Shown in pieces: positions 1 through 12,023 of a DNA stretch of 64,000 bases. Every line of letters starts with the position of its first letter. The stretch's first letter is position 1. A program made the translations under genes and the position numbers. Where the stretch lies: assembly GCF_006345805.1 (NCBI RefSeq), contig NC_042998.1, positions 77,562,001 to 77,626,000 of the forward strand. The letters are read 5' to 3'. The notes beneath the pieces are model-generated. The model ran no database searches, was not told the DNA's origin, and saw nothing but the letters and a program-made list of their open reading frames with translations. This DNA is from Octopus sinensis. Its lineage: Eukaryota.

Positions 1-273
1 TTTTCCAGCCTGATGAATAGATGAAAAGATGATACTTGGTGGTATTTGATGGTATTTGATGGTTTTTCATGGGCCTTAAGTCAGGAAATTTATGGAAGAT
101 GGGAACTTACAAAGACAATTAAATTCATTGAAGTAGCAGCGTGAAATTTATTTGTAATAGTTTTAAATGACTCTGAGTAACAAGAAAACAGCCAACTATG
201 CTGAAATAGTCGACAGTTAACACCATGCTGGAGAGCTTTCAAATGTTGGGAGCAATTATGAACACAAATCTGC
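1..273 (+). mobile_element. Decayed CMC/Chapaev3-like DNA transposase fragment
   Basis: Frameshifted translation FHGP*VRKFMEDG..IEVAA*NLF..LSNKKTANYAEIVD..NTMLESFQMLGAIMNTNL resembles the GIFVGPQIRxLMxD..AW..FLGNxKAxNYxExVxxMLxxFxxLGxxMSxKxH block I recall from Chapaev3 transposases. Confidence 0.55.
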
Positions 274-1934
274 TCTAAGGGACCCTAGTTTAGGTTCAGA
301 TGTTTTGACAACAACGAAAAGAAAACTTTTGTAGGCCTTTGTACAGCTAGGCTTAGATAATATAATATTTTTAATGGAAATATTTTTCAAGTGAACAACA
401 GATGCAACAAATTTCCATTGCTTTTAAAGTGAGTAGAAACAGAAGGGAACTTCCTAACACAATCACTGCTGTATTAAAGAATGAATATCAATATTATCTG
501 GTTTCTCGTTGATTTGTTTTTTCAAGTAATGACTCGGGATTATGCTTCTAGTGCAAATAATATTTAAAAGAATACTATATAGAACTTATTGTAATAAAGA
601 AAAATAAATATTTACGGAGTACATGTATACATTGCGACACTCGGAAAGATACCCCACCTAATTGTCCTCTAAATATATCGATTGCATATGCATCTGTTCC
701 CTATGTACAGACTGACAAAGAGTTCAATTATTTTCATTCCAAATTGTGTGAAAGAATTTTAGATATCATAACGTTCGTCTTTGTGTAATATACCTTGAAA
801 AGTTCGTGACGAATGACAGTCACTAGATACAGCCTTCATAATAAGATATACAGTTTCTCTACTCCACTCTTTGATGGCCATAGAAGTGTTATTGTGAGAG
901 GCAAGAAATTATCTAAAGGGAGTTTTGTTGGAAATACACTGGATACTATTGCCACCAGTGTGGTTTGCTTTTATAAATGACATCGTCATAAGAGACTTGC
1001 CTTTCGCTCAAAAGTTGACTGCATGCTAAACTTTAAAAACTACATACCGCAGCCTGTCCAGAATGCGTAGTCACGTTAACAAATTGAAATAGGAAGGTAG
1101 TCGTTTCCATTTATCATGGAATAGAAAACAAGATCTGCTCTATACACGCAGTACCCTTAAATGGTGCAAAGATGGATATTGACATTGAAGAAAGGACGAG
1201 ACGCAGAGTGGTTGCATAGTCAACTGCACAGTGTGAGTAGTTTAAGGTGGAGTTTTATTGATACGGCTTTTTACTAATATTCTTGATATTCTTAAAACGA
1301 TAGAAAGAGTATGAAATACAATTAATTAACGAGAGCAGAATGAAAGAGAATCTGTGTATGCCATTTCCTCTAAAGTCGAGGCGGCTTTCCACAATGGCTT
1401 GCAGAAACTGAACTGTATTGTGTTCCTGTAAAAGTACAGCTATCTTCAACGTTGATTGTGAAGGAAATGAAGCGGGTAAACGCCCGCTTTCCATGATGTT
1501 ACATTGTAAGTCATTATTTGACTGCAAGAAATTGAAAAACGTAACATGTATGGTGCAGTGCATTCGGGAGCGAGTAAGACGGCTACAAATGTAACGTATA
1601 TTGCAGCAGACAAAAACAAACGGGAAACAAAAGTTGTCATATTTATGATGCGAGTCATGAAAAAGTGTACTGCTGTAAGGAATTTAGAGTAACCAGGTGC
1701 ATTAGGTCTTGATATTCTGTCACCTGCCAACATTTGGTGTGTATGTTAGTAGCCTACGAATTTTCGTTGGCAGAATATGCTTCGGAACATTACCAGATTA
1801 CTGATTCATAAAACAATGATGCACTAACATTAATTCAGTGATTATCAATAAAAATTTGCACTAGTTGTTCTCTACAACAAGGACGAGAAATAATTGCTAA
1901 TATACATATGCTGAAAATGCACTGACCAAAATAA

Positions 1935-2653
1935 ATTTAAGACCTAGGCTTATGAACGGGCTAATTGCCCTGCTGGAAAATATATCGCGGTGGCATTTGA
2001 TTATTTAAATATGGCAGAACATTTTTATTTACTAATTGTAGATAACTTACACTTTTAGACTGCCCTCAACCTTAACAATTGGCCCACACCATGACCCCAC
2101 CACCTTCCGCTTGCGCCTTTTGTTTACACACTTAGGATGGAATTCTTCAGTTGGGCAGTGTCTAACATAAGCTTTTCGTCTGATCCAAAGATGTAGTAGC
2201 GGGATTCATCGTTCCAAAGAACTTTTGAGCAGCCTTCGGCCGTCTGTTCGCTTTAGCTATTTGCAAACTTGATCCGCTGGTTCATCTCAAATATGATCGG
2301 CTTTTCTCGACCTATCTGGCAGAACAGTTCAAGTTCTGTTAGGTGGTTTCTAACAGTTTGTAGTGTAAAGCCGATGTCAGTTTCATCGGATAATTGCTTG
2401 CAAATGTCCACTGCTGTTAGCATTCGGTTACCTTCGGAGAGCCTATGAATTCGCTCTACTATTGTTTTTGTCGGGGCGTGAATTATTTGCTGATCTTTGT
2501 ATTGGCCAGTGACTTTTAAAAACTTCGAGCCTCAACACAATCCGTTTTGCTGTATCCTAATTGCTTGCTAATGTTGATGAAGGGCACATTTTGCTGATGA
2601 AGCAGCACGATCTTTGATCTATTAACTGAGCTGATATTACGACGATTTCCCAT
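1935..2653 (-). mobile_element. Decayed Tc1-like transposase
   Basis: Minus strand gives MGNRRNISSVNRSKIVLLHQQ (ATG at 2653), SKVLWNDESRYYIFGSD, EEFHPKC, GVMVW and YIFQQGN*PVH, which are Tc1 DD34E motifs with stops and frameshifts. Confidence 0.85.
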
Positions 2654-2981
2654 AGTGAATTATGAAACAATACGATGCAGTACGACCAGCCCTATGACCA
2701 CCCATTTGGTTTATGAATTTGCATAATCTTGGCACGATCTTAGACTTATGTTACCGACATTTTGTAATCATTTGATATAAGTGTGCATTAAAATTATTCA
2801 AATTATAGAAAGATGCCTATCTCATTCGAAAGAGAAAATAATTCTACATAAACTGTAAAGAGTAAAATAATTTTATACAGTTTTGTTAAGAACGCATTAA
2901 TGAGGGAATAGAACTATTATCATCAGTCGTAAACTTAGTTTGGCCTGTGTATCTATAACTTTTATTACATGCACATGCACG

Positions 2982-3017
<36 letters not shown>

Positions 3018-3333
3018 ACACACATCCAAGCACATATACGTAAATATACACATACATGTATTGATATTCCGAAAAATTTTATCTCCCTCATTACTTCGAG
3101 TTTTGCCTGTAGTTGCAAAGTGTAGTCAATGGCTGCAACAATTACAATGTAGTTCTATAGCATTTTCACTGCTTTTCCCTTTTGCTTCTAAATTCCTACG
3201 TGTATGCACCACCCATATTTATATATATAATTCAGGGTGAATACTTGATAACTCTAAGCACCTGTATATGCCAGTTAGTAGTGTAGGTGATTGGGTATAT
3301 TTATCAAAAGAAAAACAGGATGCAAAGGATTTA

Positions 3334-3418
3334 GCGGTACATGTTTCTGGCTTTATTGGACAGTTTACATCAATGCATAATTGATGTAACGTGTATGTCA
3401 ATAGCCGTCTTCAGCCGC
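3334..3418 (-). ncRNA. Type I hammerhead ribozyme motif (mirror copy in the left arm)
   Basis: Reverse complement reads GCGG-CTGAAGA-c-GGCTATTGAC...GTCCAATAAAGCC-a-GAAA-CATG-TA-CCGC. Confidence 0.6.
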
Positions 3419-3497
3419 GCACAATTACCACACCAAAGACATGTATTACAATATAGCAGGTTTGATGTAATACAGGTCTTTGGTGTGGTAATTGTGC

Positions 3498-3584
3498 GCG
3501 GCTGAAGAAGGCTATTGACATACATGTTACATCAATTATGCATTGATATAAACTGTCCAATAAAGCCAGAAACATATGTACCGC
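3498..3584 (+). ncRNA. Type I hammerhead ribozyme motif (PLE-type, palindromic stem III)
   Basis: Stem I GCGG(3498-3501)/CCGC(3581-3584); core CTGAAGA 3502-3508; stem II GGCTATTG..CAATAAAGCC; GAAA 3569-3572; stem III palindrome ACATATGT; GTA cleavage triplet 3578-3580. Confidence 0.65.
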
Positions 3585-3613
3585 TAAACCCTTTACATCC
3601 TGTTTTTCTTTTG

Positions 3614-3678
<65 letters not shown>

Positions 3679-3779
3679 CATACATGTGCATACATTTATA
3701 TATATTATATGTTTGTGAATGTGTGTGTGTGTGTATGTATACATATGTTTATATTTTCTTGTATATACAACCCTTTGCA

Positions 3780-4150
3780 GTATCTTGATGAGTTTGTGAT
3801 CATCAGCAGTGGCGCTCCCTTCTACTGTTTGTACAAGTCCTTCCAAACTGTTCGTGATGTATATCACTATATATCTTACTCGGCTTCGTTCTAAGTAACA
3901 TAGTTTTAATTTTTTCAGCCTTTCCCAGTAGCTGATATGTTGCATTTGTATTGCTTCAGTTCCGCCGTTAATTTTACACTCCACTGTTGGGAGCAGTAAT
4001 CTAAGCAGTAGAGGGCGTATGTGCTCCCGAAGACCATCATGATTTCCTGTTCTTTCGTTCTGACAGCTATGTGGTTCCATCCAAGCAGCTGTATACATTT
4101 TATTGCCAACTTAGTAATATGCACCAAGTAGATGCATCATTACTCATTAG
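3780..4150 (-). mobile_element. CR1/L2-clade LINE ORF2 C-terminal fragment
   Basis: ISYWERLKKLKLCYLERSRVRYIVIYI and LDYCSQQWS (adjacent frame) match CR1-type SYWERLxxLxLYSLERRRERY and LDYCSxxWSP. Confidence 0.8.
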
Positions 4151-4189
4151 ATAATATGTACACTGATTGTAGAACTGCAGCAACAACCA

Positions 4190-4325
4190 TAAACAACAAA
4201 GCATTTTATATCAAAGTTGGTAAAGGAGTCAGACAAGGAGACACCATATGACCCAAATTATTCACATCTGTATTAGAAAAGATTTTAGAAAACTTATATT
4301 CGTCAGATAAAGGAATAACTATATA
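4190..4325 (+). mobile_element. RTE-like LINE reverse transcriptase fragment
   Basis: IKVGKGVRQGDTI*PKLFTSVLEKIL (RT motif GVRQGDxxSPxLF). Confidence 0.75.
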
Positions 4326-4449
4326 AATATCGTTGAAGGTTGAACAGGGAAGACAACATCAGCAAAAGTGTTGAAAAAATGCCACGCAGTATGTTTTTCG
4401 CCGCGCTAACAATTCTGTCACTCGACCATCCTTGACTGTATATGCAAGA

Positions 4450-4585
4450 AAAAGAGAGCTAGCGGATAAGTATCAACGTTAAATACAATAACCACTGAAC
4501 CAATTCGTTCAACCAAAGGCGCTGCTGCAGCATACCCACAGTCCGAATAGCTGAAACAAGTAATAAATAAGATAAAAAATAAAAG
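4450..4585 (+). mobile_element. Decayed SINE 3' tail
   Basis: ggcgctgctgcagcatacccacagtccgaatagctgaaacaagtaataaataagataaa resembles the SINE tail at 33435-33492. Confidence 0.5.
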
Positions 4586-5520
4586 ATATACGTGTTATGT
4601 ATAAGTTACATGCGGCTTTAATTTGTGAACTTGGAAAATATTTCTGCTTGGTCTAAGAAACTGTCGCATTTTGTTTTGTGATCAGTTTTATAGTTTCTTC
4701 ATTTTATAAGTTTATTTCGTATAACAGTATTCATTATCTTTTAAATGAAATGACATTTCTTTATAGCCAAATAATTATTGAATTTTTTTTTACAGTAGAT
4801 ACACTATATGCGTTTATATTTGAAAATAAGTATAGATTGTGTGACATTCATACGTTTTATAAAAGAATTTAAGTCATTATGGTATATTGAATTCAAAACT
4901 GAAAGTAGTTTGTAGTTTGTGGTGAGATAAGCAACTCAAAGACGTTCTATATTGTATAAGAGGTTATGAATAATGCGACAGTGTTTCACAACATGGAATA
5001 AAACTTTTGATCAACTAAGACCATCCAGACAAAAAGCAAGGAATGCATTTCCAGTAATATTCAGGTTTTGATGAGAATTTGGACAACGCAGAAGAAATTT
5101 TATCCGACTAGTGTTATTAAATTTATCTTACTTGCAATGTTTTTGTCTTAGATTTTATACATTCTTAGAAGGAGATTTATTTATTATTTGAATTCATAAC
5201 ACCAGTAGATCAAACTTTTGCAGCTCTCTTTTCTACATATTAGATAGTATACGTTGTCTGTACTTGGAATTTAAAACGCTCAACTGAAAAGCCTAGGAAT
5301 TAGTCATCAGCGTAAAGTGACTGCAACAGAATATTTGCGCGCGCCCTCCCCGTTTTAATATGTATCACATAACTAAATATTAGATAATTAGAGGATTATT
5401 TTCAGTTCAAATAGTCTCACAACGACAAATACGCACAAGAATATTTATATACAGAGAGGAAGGGAGAGAAATAGAGGAGGTGAAAAAGATAGCAGGACAG
5501 ATTGATAAATAGATATATAG

Positions 5521-5568
5521 AGAGAGGGAAAGAAAGAAAGAAAGAAGAAAGAAGAAAGAAGAAAGAAA

Positions 5569-5605
<37 letters not shown>

Positions 5606-5607
5606 AA
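5521..5607. repeat. (GA)n/(GAAA)n microsatellite
   Basis: Direct reading. Confidence 0.95.
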
Positions 5608-5979
5608 TGTATTTACAACGTACATGTTGAATCGCCAAAAGCTATATGTATGGTTCAAAAAGATATGCACCGAATGAAATAATCAGGAAAACCTTTATGA
5701 AATTTATTGAAATTCTGTACAAGCCATAATAAAGTTGCTTCGCTATGAAATGTCTCTTAGAATTTCAGAAAGATTTTCACGAACAAACATGACCTGTATT
5801 AATTTTGTTGTTAAATTAACTCACATGGAAGTATGGCAGTAAAATTGCCAAATCTTGATCAAAGCAATGCTATTCACAGACGTATTATGTGAGAACGGAC
5901 CAAACAAATGAATACTTTATAAGATGTGTACAGCACCGAGCATTGATAATCAACAACAGAGGAATAAGTAAACCCAACA

Positions 5980-5980
<1 letters not shown>

Positions 5981-6025
<45 letters not shown>

Positions 6026-6029
6026 GTAA

Positions 6030-6092
<63 letters not shown>

Positions 6093-6129
6093 CAGCAGCA
6101 GCAGCAGCAGCAACAGCAACAACAACAAC
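5981..6129. repeat. Compound (TAA)n-(TAG)n-(CAG)n-(CAA)n microsatellite
   Basis: Direct reading. Confidence 0.95.
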
Positions 6130-6444
6130 GACACAGGAACAGACAGAAAAGTAATAAACAGCTGATAATGAATATGTGAAAGAGGTAATGTCAGTCACCC
6201 TATCATGTTAGAGGAATTGGGAAGGGCGGAGTTAGTGGCTACCTTTAATTCTAGTACTTCAGTAATACTTTATTATATTAATTCAAAATGCAGAAGGATG
6301 AAATGCAAAGTGGATCTAGGCAGGATTTAAACTGGCAATGCAAGTTTAAAACAAACAGCACATGTCATTTCGCTCGATGTTCTAGTGAACTTGTTGATCC
6401 ACCACACATGTAATAATGATAATAATAATGATAATAATAACGAT

Positions 6445-7372
6445 AATTTAGCTAGCAGATGGGAACAGAAACCTCTCCATGGCAAGTATGCGACCCGTAG
6501 CAAACAAGCTGATGTCGACCAGAAACACACGCACCAATGGTTACGAAGCTCAGGGCTAAAAGCAGAGAATGAAGGTTTCATATTAGCTGCTCAAGACCAA
6601 AGCTTATTAACCCGGAACTACCAAGCCAATGTAATAAAAAATGGAGCTGACCCAAAATGCTGTTTCTGTAACGATGATATTGAAACAATAGAACACCTAA
6701 TCTCAGGGTGTAGAGTCTTATCACCTGTAGAATATAAAACAAGACATGACAAAGTCGTCCAGTATTTACATTGGACAATACGTCGCTGACAAATGGTATA
6801 AACACCATCCTGAAGCTGTGACTGAGGGAGAAAATCTGTCGATTCTATGGGACTTCCCCGTGCAGACCGACAAGACTATAAAAGCTAAAGAACCGGAAAT
6901 TATTATAAAAGATCAGACAAAAAAGATGTGTTTATTAATTGACATGAGTATCCCTTGCGATCACAATATAGCGGCGAAAGAATTTGACAAGATTAGTAAA
7001 TATAAAGACCTGCTAATAGAAATTTTAAAAATGTGGCATCTCAAGGCGACTACAGTACCAGTGATTGCAGGATCTCTAGGAATGATAAAAAAAGGTACTG
7101 AAACCTATTTGAAAATGATTCCAGGCTTACCATCCCTACAGGAAGTGCAAAAAATCGTATTAACTGGAACGGCTCATGTACTGAGAAGAGCACTATCGCT
7201 GTGAAAACAACATCCATCCATGAATTTATTTATTTATTAATTTTTAAATACATATTTTATCTGAGAATTTGCGTGTGTAATCTGGGAGTGCATACAATGA
7301 GCTTCTCTGCCCTATGTGTATGGAAAACACTCGGCGAGAAACGGAAGAACATTTGAAAAAAGAAAGAAAAAA
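6445..7372 (+). mobile_element. R4/Dong-clade RLE LINE 3' fragment with (TAA)n tail
   Basis: WEQKPLHGKY, AAQDQSLLTRNY, CCHC knuckle CCFC..IEHLISGC, RLE motifs ILWDFPVQTD, PEIIIKD, LIDMSIP, KISKYKDL; flanked by TAA repeats. Confidence 0.92.
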
Positions 7373-7373
7373 C

Positions 7374-7438
<65 letters not shown>

Positions 7439-7439
7439 T

Positions 7440-8715
7440 GAAGAGAGGCAAAATCAAATGTATGGACGGGTTAATGATACCGTAGGGGGAGACTATGAAA
7501 CAGAGGGAAGAGACGGGTTATAAGGACGTGGTGATTCTGGAAATGGATAAATTGATGGAGGATGAAATGACAGAAAAATTTAAGCTGAGACTGATCCTTA
7601 AGTAGAAATTAAACAGACGGAATGTGATCGAAGCTATCAACACCTAGGCGGTTTCACTCCTTAGATATGGAGCATAGACTGTAGACGAACTTAAAAGCTT
7701 AGACAGAAAGACTTGGAATTTGCTATCTACATATGGGACACTCTACACAAAAAGTGAGACAGACAGGCTGTATGTACCAAGAAAAAGAGGGGGAAGGCGA
7801 ATTATTGGATGCGAACACGGCATTAGAGCAGAAGAAAACAACATACCATGGTATGTAAAAAATGTCACCGGACTGCTATTATTAGAAATAAGAAGGTATG
7901 ACTTGTGGAGGATGAAAGACTGCAAAGATAAAGCACTATACAAGAAATTGAAAACGAATGAAACTGAAAATTAATGGGTAAAGAAAAGAATGCATGGATA
8001 ATTTCATAGGTATGTTGAAGATAAGACAGAAATCGGAAACGGAGGCTCTAATCTGTGCTGCCGAAGAGCAAGCACTATGAACAAACTACATAAAATGCAG
8101 AACAGACAACACAGCAGAGAGTGATAAGTGCAGAATCTGTGGACAAAATGGTGAAAAAGTATGGTATATTACCAGCCAATGTACGCCACTAGCCCAGAAG
8201 GAATATAAGAGATACCAGGTAAATATAGCCAGGCTTGTCCATTGGGCACTTTGCAACAGGTATGGACTTGAAAGAGCAAAAACTTGGTATGACAACAAAC
8301 CTGAAGGCATCGTCGAAAATTGAACTGCAAAGATCCTATGGGATTTTATGATTCAGTGCGACCATGAGATAGAGAATAAGTCGGACATAGTCTTGAGAAA
8401 GAAGCCAAACTATACTGGATCATAGATATAGCATGCCCAGCTGACAACAAGGTATGCGATAAGGAAGAAAGAAAAGTTGAGAGGTATGACAGGTTAGCTT
8501 GGGATGTCAAGCAGTCTTGATCAATGAAAAAGGTAGCAGTAGTACCAATAATTGTCGGAACATTGGGAGCAGTGAGGAAAAATCTCAAGAAGTACATGAA
8601 ACAAACAGGGGCTGCAATAAGTGTGGAGCACTTGCAGAAAACAGCACTTCTTGGAACCGCTCGAATACTCCGGAAGGTGCTCAAAAATGAGGTGTTACTT
8701 TAGTTCACTGGTAGT
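7440..8715 (+). mobile_element. Second, diverged R4/Dong RLE LINE 3' fragment
   Basis: DRLYVPRKRGGRRIIGCE, CRICGQNGEKVW.ITSQC, ILWDF.IQCD, DIACPADN, LQKTALLGTARILRKVL; many stops. Confidence 0.9.
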
Positions 8716-8787
8716 CATGGTGGGTATACTGGGCTTCGTATATTTTACCCTAGTGTCAATTTGATGGCATGCACTGCTCTCTCACTC
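8710..8787 (+). mobile_element. 3' piece of the orphan TAA-associated ~500-bp element
   Basis: Matches the ends of the copies at 39667-40154 and 48710-49256. Confidence 0.85.
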
Positions 8788-8791
8788 AATG

Positions 8792-8841
<50 letters not shown>

Positions 8842-8884
8842 TAATAATAATAATAATAATATAATAATAATAATATAATAATAA

Positions 8885-9222
8885 CAACAACTACAACAAC
8901 AATAACAACCTCAAGAAGAAGAAGAAAATGTATAAGAAATTGCCTAAGTACGATAAAAAAGGATGTCAGAAACATCTAGACATCTCAGGGAAAACATGTC
9001 TCAGAGAAATCGAAAAGATTGTGCTGACAATTACTGTCCATATCTTTACAAAAACCTTATCAATTTGTCTGTGTTGTGCTACATCGAAATATTTCGCTAC
9101 TGCCCCTGCCACGTTCCCTCCCCAAGCTTTCAGTCATACTCCAACATCCCTTATATCTCACTCGCCCCATGGCGCTGGGCGTGTCCAGCAAGTGACTGTA
9201 ACAAACATAGAGATTAGAAGTA

Positions 9223-9265
<43 letters not shown>

Positions 9266-9638
9266 TATAATAATAATAATAATAATAATAACAACAACTA
9301 CAACAACAATAACAACCTCAAGAAGAAGAAGAAAATGTATAAGAAATTGCCCTAAGTACGATAAAAAAGGATGTCAGAAACATCTAGACATCTCAGGGAA
9401 AACATGTCTCAGAGAAATCGAAAAGATTGTGCTGACAATTACTGTCCATATCTTTACAAAAACCTTATCAATTTGTCTGTGTTGTGCTACATCGAAATAT
9501 TTCGCTACTGCCCCTGCCACGTTCCCTCCCCAAGCTTTCAGTCATACTCCAACATCCCTTATATCTCACTCGCCCCATGGCGCTGGGCGTGTCCCAGCAA
9601 GTGACTGTAACAAACATAGAGATTAGAGATTAGAAGTA

Positions 9639-9687
<49 letters not shown>

Positions 9688-10068
9688 TAATAATAATAAT
9701 AATAATAATATAATAATAATAATAATAACAACAACTACAACAACAATAACAACCTCAAGAAGAAGAAGAAAATGTATAAGAAATTGCCCTAAGTACGATA
9801 AAAAAGGATGTCAGAAACATCTAGACATCTCAGGGAAAACATGTCTCAGAGAAATCGAAAAGATTGTGCTGACAATTACTGTCCATATCTTTACAAAAAC
9901 CTTATCAATTTGTCTGTGTTGTGCTACATCGAAATATTTCGCTACTGCCCCTGCCACGTTCCCTCCCCAAGCTTTCAGTCATACTCCAACATCCCTTATA
10001 TCTCACTCGCCCCATGGCGCTGGGCGTGTCCCAGCAAGTGACTGTAACAAACATAGAGATTAGAAGTA

Positions 10069-10069
<1 letters not shown>
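8885..10069 (+). repeat. Three tandem near-identical units (RLE LINE 3' end + UTR + (TAA)n), periods about 407 and 437 bp
   Basis: Units start at 8885, 9292 and 9729; each encodes KKGCQKHLDISGKTCLREIEKIVLTITVHIFTKTLSI (LINE C-terminus). Confidence 0.92.
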
Positions 10070-10136
<67 letters not shown>

Positions 10137-10837
10137 CAACAACAACAACAACAACAACAATAACTATTATCTTTGTTATTACCACCCCCAATACAAAAAA
10201 TAATAATTGTTACAAACATGGGCTATTGATTTCATCAGAGTATTTGGTTCCGGAACCTAAATAATTTGGGTCATATGTTTACACACTAGAAAGCATCCAA
10301 TAATTTAGAGACGAATAATTTCTTGGGTGTCACTTTTCTGTATTTTTTTCTCATTTTAAATTAGTATTTTGTGTATATTATGTCGTAATATGTGAAATAT
10401 CCAATGTGAATTGCAACAGTTCCTTTTGTATCATTATATAAAATGTTTGTTTCATAAGACTGTATTGCTTTACTGTAATTCGATGTTATTACATAACGCT
10501 CGTAAATTCATTTGTAAAATAACTCAAGTTCCTTATTCCTCTCATAAATAATACATGAATATGCTCAGGTTAAAATAACCCGATCGTTAGCTACTTGTTT
10601 TGTTTCACTGAAGATTTTGATATCATATAATAAATACTCATTTCGTATATAAAATTTCCTACGTTACTGCTTTTACTTCAAACTCTACTGCCGTATTTCA
10701 CTTTCATGACAGTTTCGATATTAGTTATACTTTATGACTGTTAATAAAACTGACTACTGACTATATAAATATTTCAACAAAATTAATGTTACAGCAGAAA
10801 AAAATGACGAATGATTTTTATAAGAACTGACTTCTAT

Positions 10838-10940
10838 ATCGTCATCGTTGTCGTTGTCGTCGTCGTCATCATCATCATCATCAACATTAACATCATCATC
10901 ATCAGTAGCAGCAGCATCAGCAGCAGCAGCAGCAGTGACA
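10838..10940. repeat. Compound (GTC)/(ATC)/(AGC) trinucleotide microsatellite
   Basis: Direct reading. Confidence 0.85.
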
Positions 10941-11602
10941 ACACAGTCGTTGTCACTATCAATATTCTCATTGACGTCGTATTTTCTTTATATCACGAAG
11001 ATTAACATCTTCATAGACGGCGGATTTCTTGGGTTTACTGTGTATAGTAGGGAGCATTACAATATTTGTCCTGACATCTTGTGTTGTGCGATAAAATTCC
11101 ACTGAGGTCAACGTGCTTCTCAACATTTCTCCGATAATAAATACAGTATGTGTCAAGTACCGCTGTCGATTCTTTTTCTCTCAGTCGGAATCAGCTAAAC
11201 TGCGTTGTGGAAAGTCTCGTGGGAGATCATCTCCAGCATCTTTATCTCCAGAATTAAAAGCTGTCCTCACAGTAATGGAAATAAAGATAAAGATTTCATA
11301 CGTTCGGCCAACGACATTACAAATGTGTAGTTTACAAACGACATAGTGGTTTGTTTAGATTCCGTTGCAGGCTGGTATGTATCATTGTTATTCATCTCGA
11401 ATAAATAGAAATAAATTATGCAGTTAGACCGATGCACCATACTATCTTGTACACTTCTGTCATAATAACAGACTATTTGAAATTCTGATCATAAATATAT
11501 ACCAAGAATTTTGGGGGAGAAAAGGAGCAATTTTTAGAGCTGATACCGAGATTTCACTTCTAAGTGATCCATGTATATTATTGTTTCATATCATCTTTGT
11601 TA

Positions 11603-11933
11603 GTGAAGGCGCATGGCTCAGTGGTTAGAGCGTCGAGCTTACGATCGTGCGGTTGTGAGCCCGAATCCCGGACCGGGTTGCGTGTTGTGTTCTAGAGCAA
11701 GAAACTTTATTTCACGTTGCTCCAGCTGTAGAAATTAGTTGCGACGTCACGGGTGCCAAGCTGTATCGCCTGCTGCCTTTCCCTTGGATAACACTGGTCG
11801 CGTGGAGAGGGGAGGCCGGTATGCATGGGCGACTGCTGGTCTTCCATAAAACCACCTTGCCCAGACTTGTAACTAGGAGGGTAACGTTCTAGGTGCAATC
11901 CCATGGTCAGTATCGTAACCGAAGCGGGGCCCG
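11603..11933 (+). mobile_element. tRNA-derived SINE with 13-bp TSD
   Basis: A box TGGCTCAGTGG, B-box-like GCCCGAATCCC; TSD ATCATCTTTGTTA at 11590-11602 and 11934-11946. Confidence 0.9.
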
Positions 11934-12023
11934 ATCATCTTTGTTAATGCCGTCTTGATTATAATGAAAGGGAATCAATATTTCATAAGAATATACCTTT
12001 ATTTTATTAAATGTGTACATGTA

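Larger units (their letters stand above)
3296..3622. repeat. Long fold-back (about 155-bp arms, 15-nt loop), probably an inverted PLE pseudo-LTR
   Basis: 3296-3450 is the near-perfect reverse complement of 3466-3622; the right arm runs into (TA)n. Confidence 0.9.

Noticed and set aside
1255-1733. Two overlapping minus-strand ORFs, one with a hydrophobic N-terminus
   Set aside because: No recognisable domain or clear splice structure; the lengths are compatible with chance
8885-10069. Repeat-spacer pattern superficially like a CRISPR array or a multicopy small-protein gene (MSETSRHL...)
   Set aside because: Eukaryotic context, the units are identical rather than unique spacers, and the ORF is an alternate frame of a LINE 3' end
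11603-11680. tRNA-like heads here and at 19226, 21705 and 52544
   Set aside because: They continue into SINE bodies, two with clear TSDs; not functional tRNA genes
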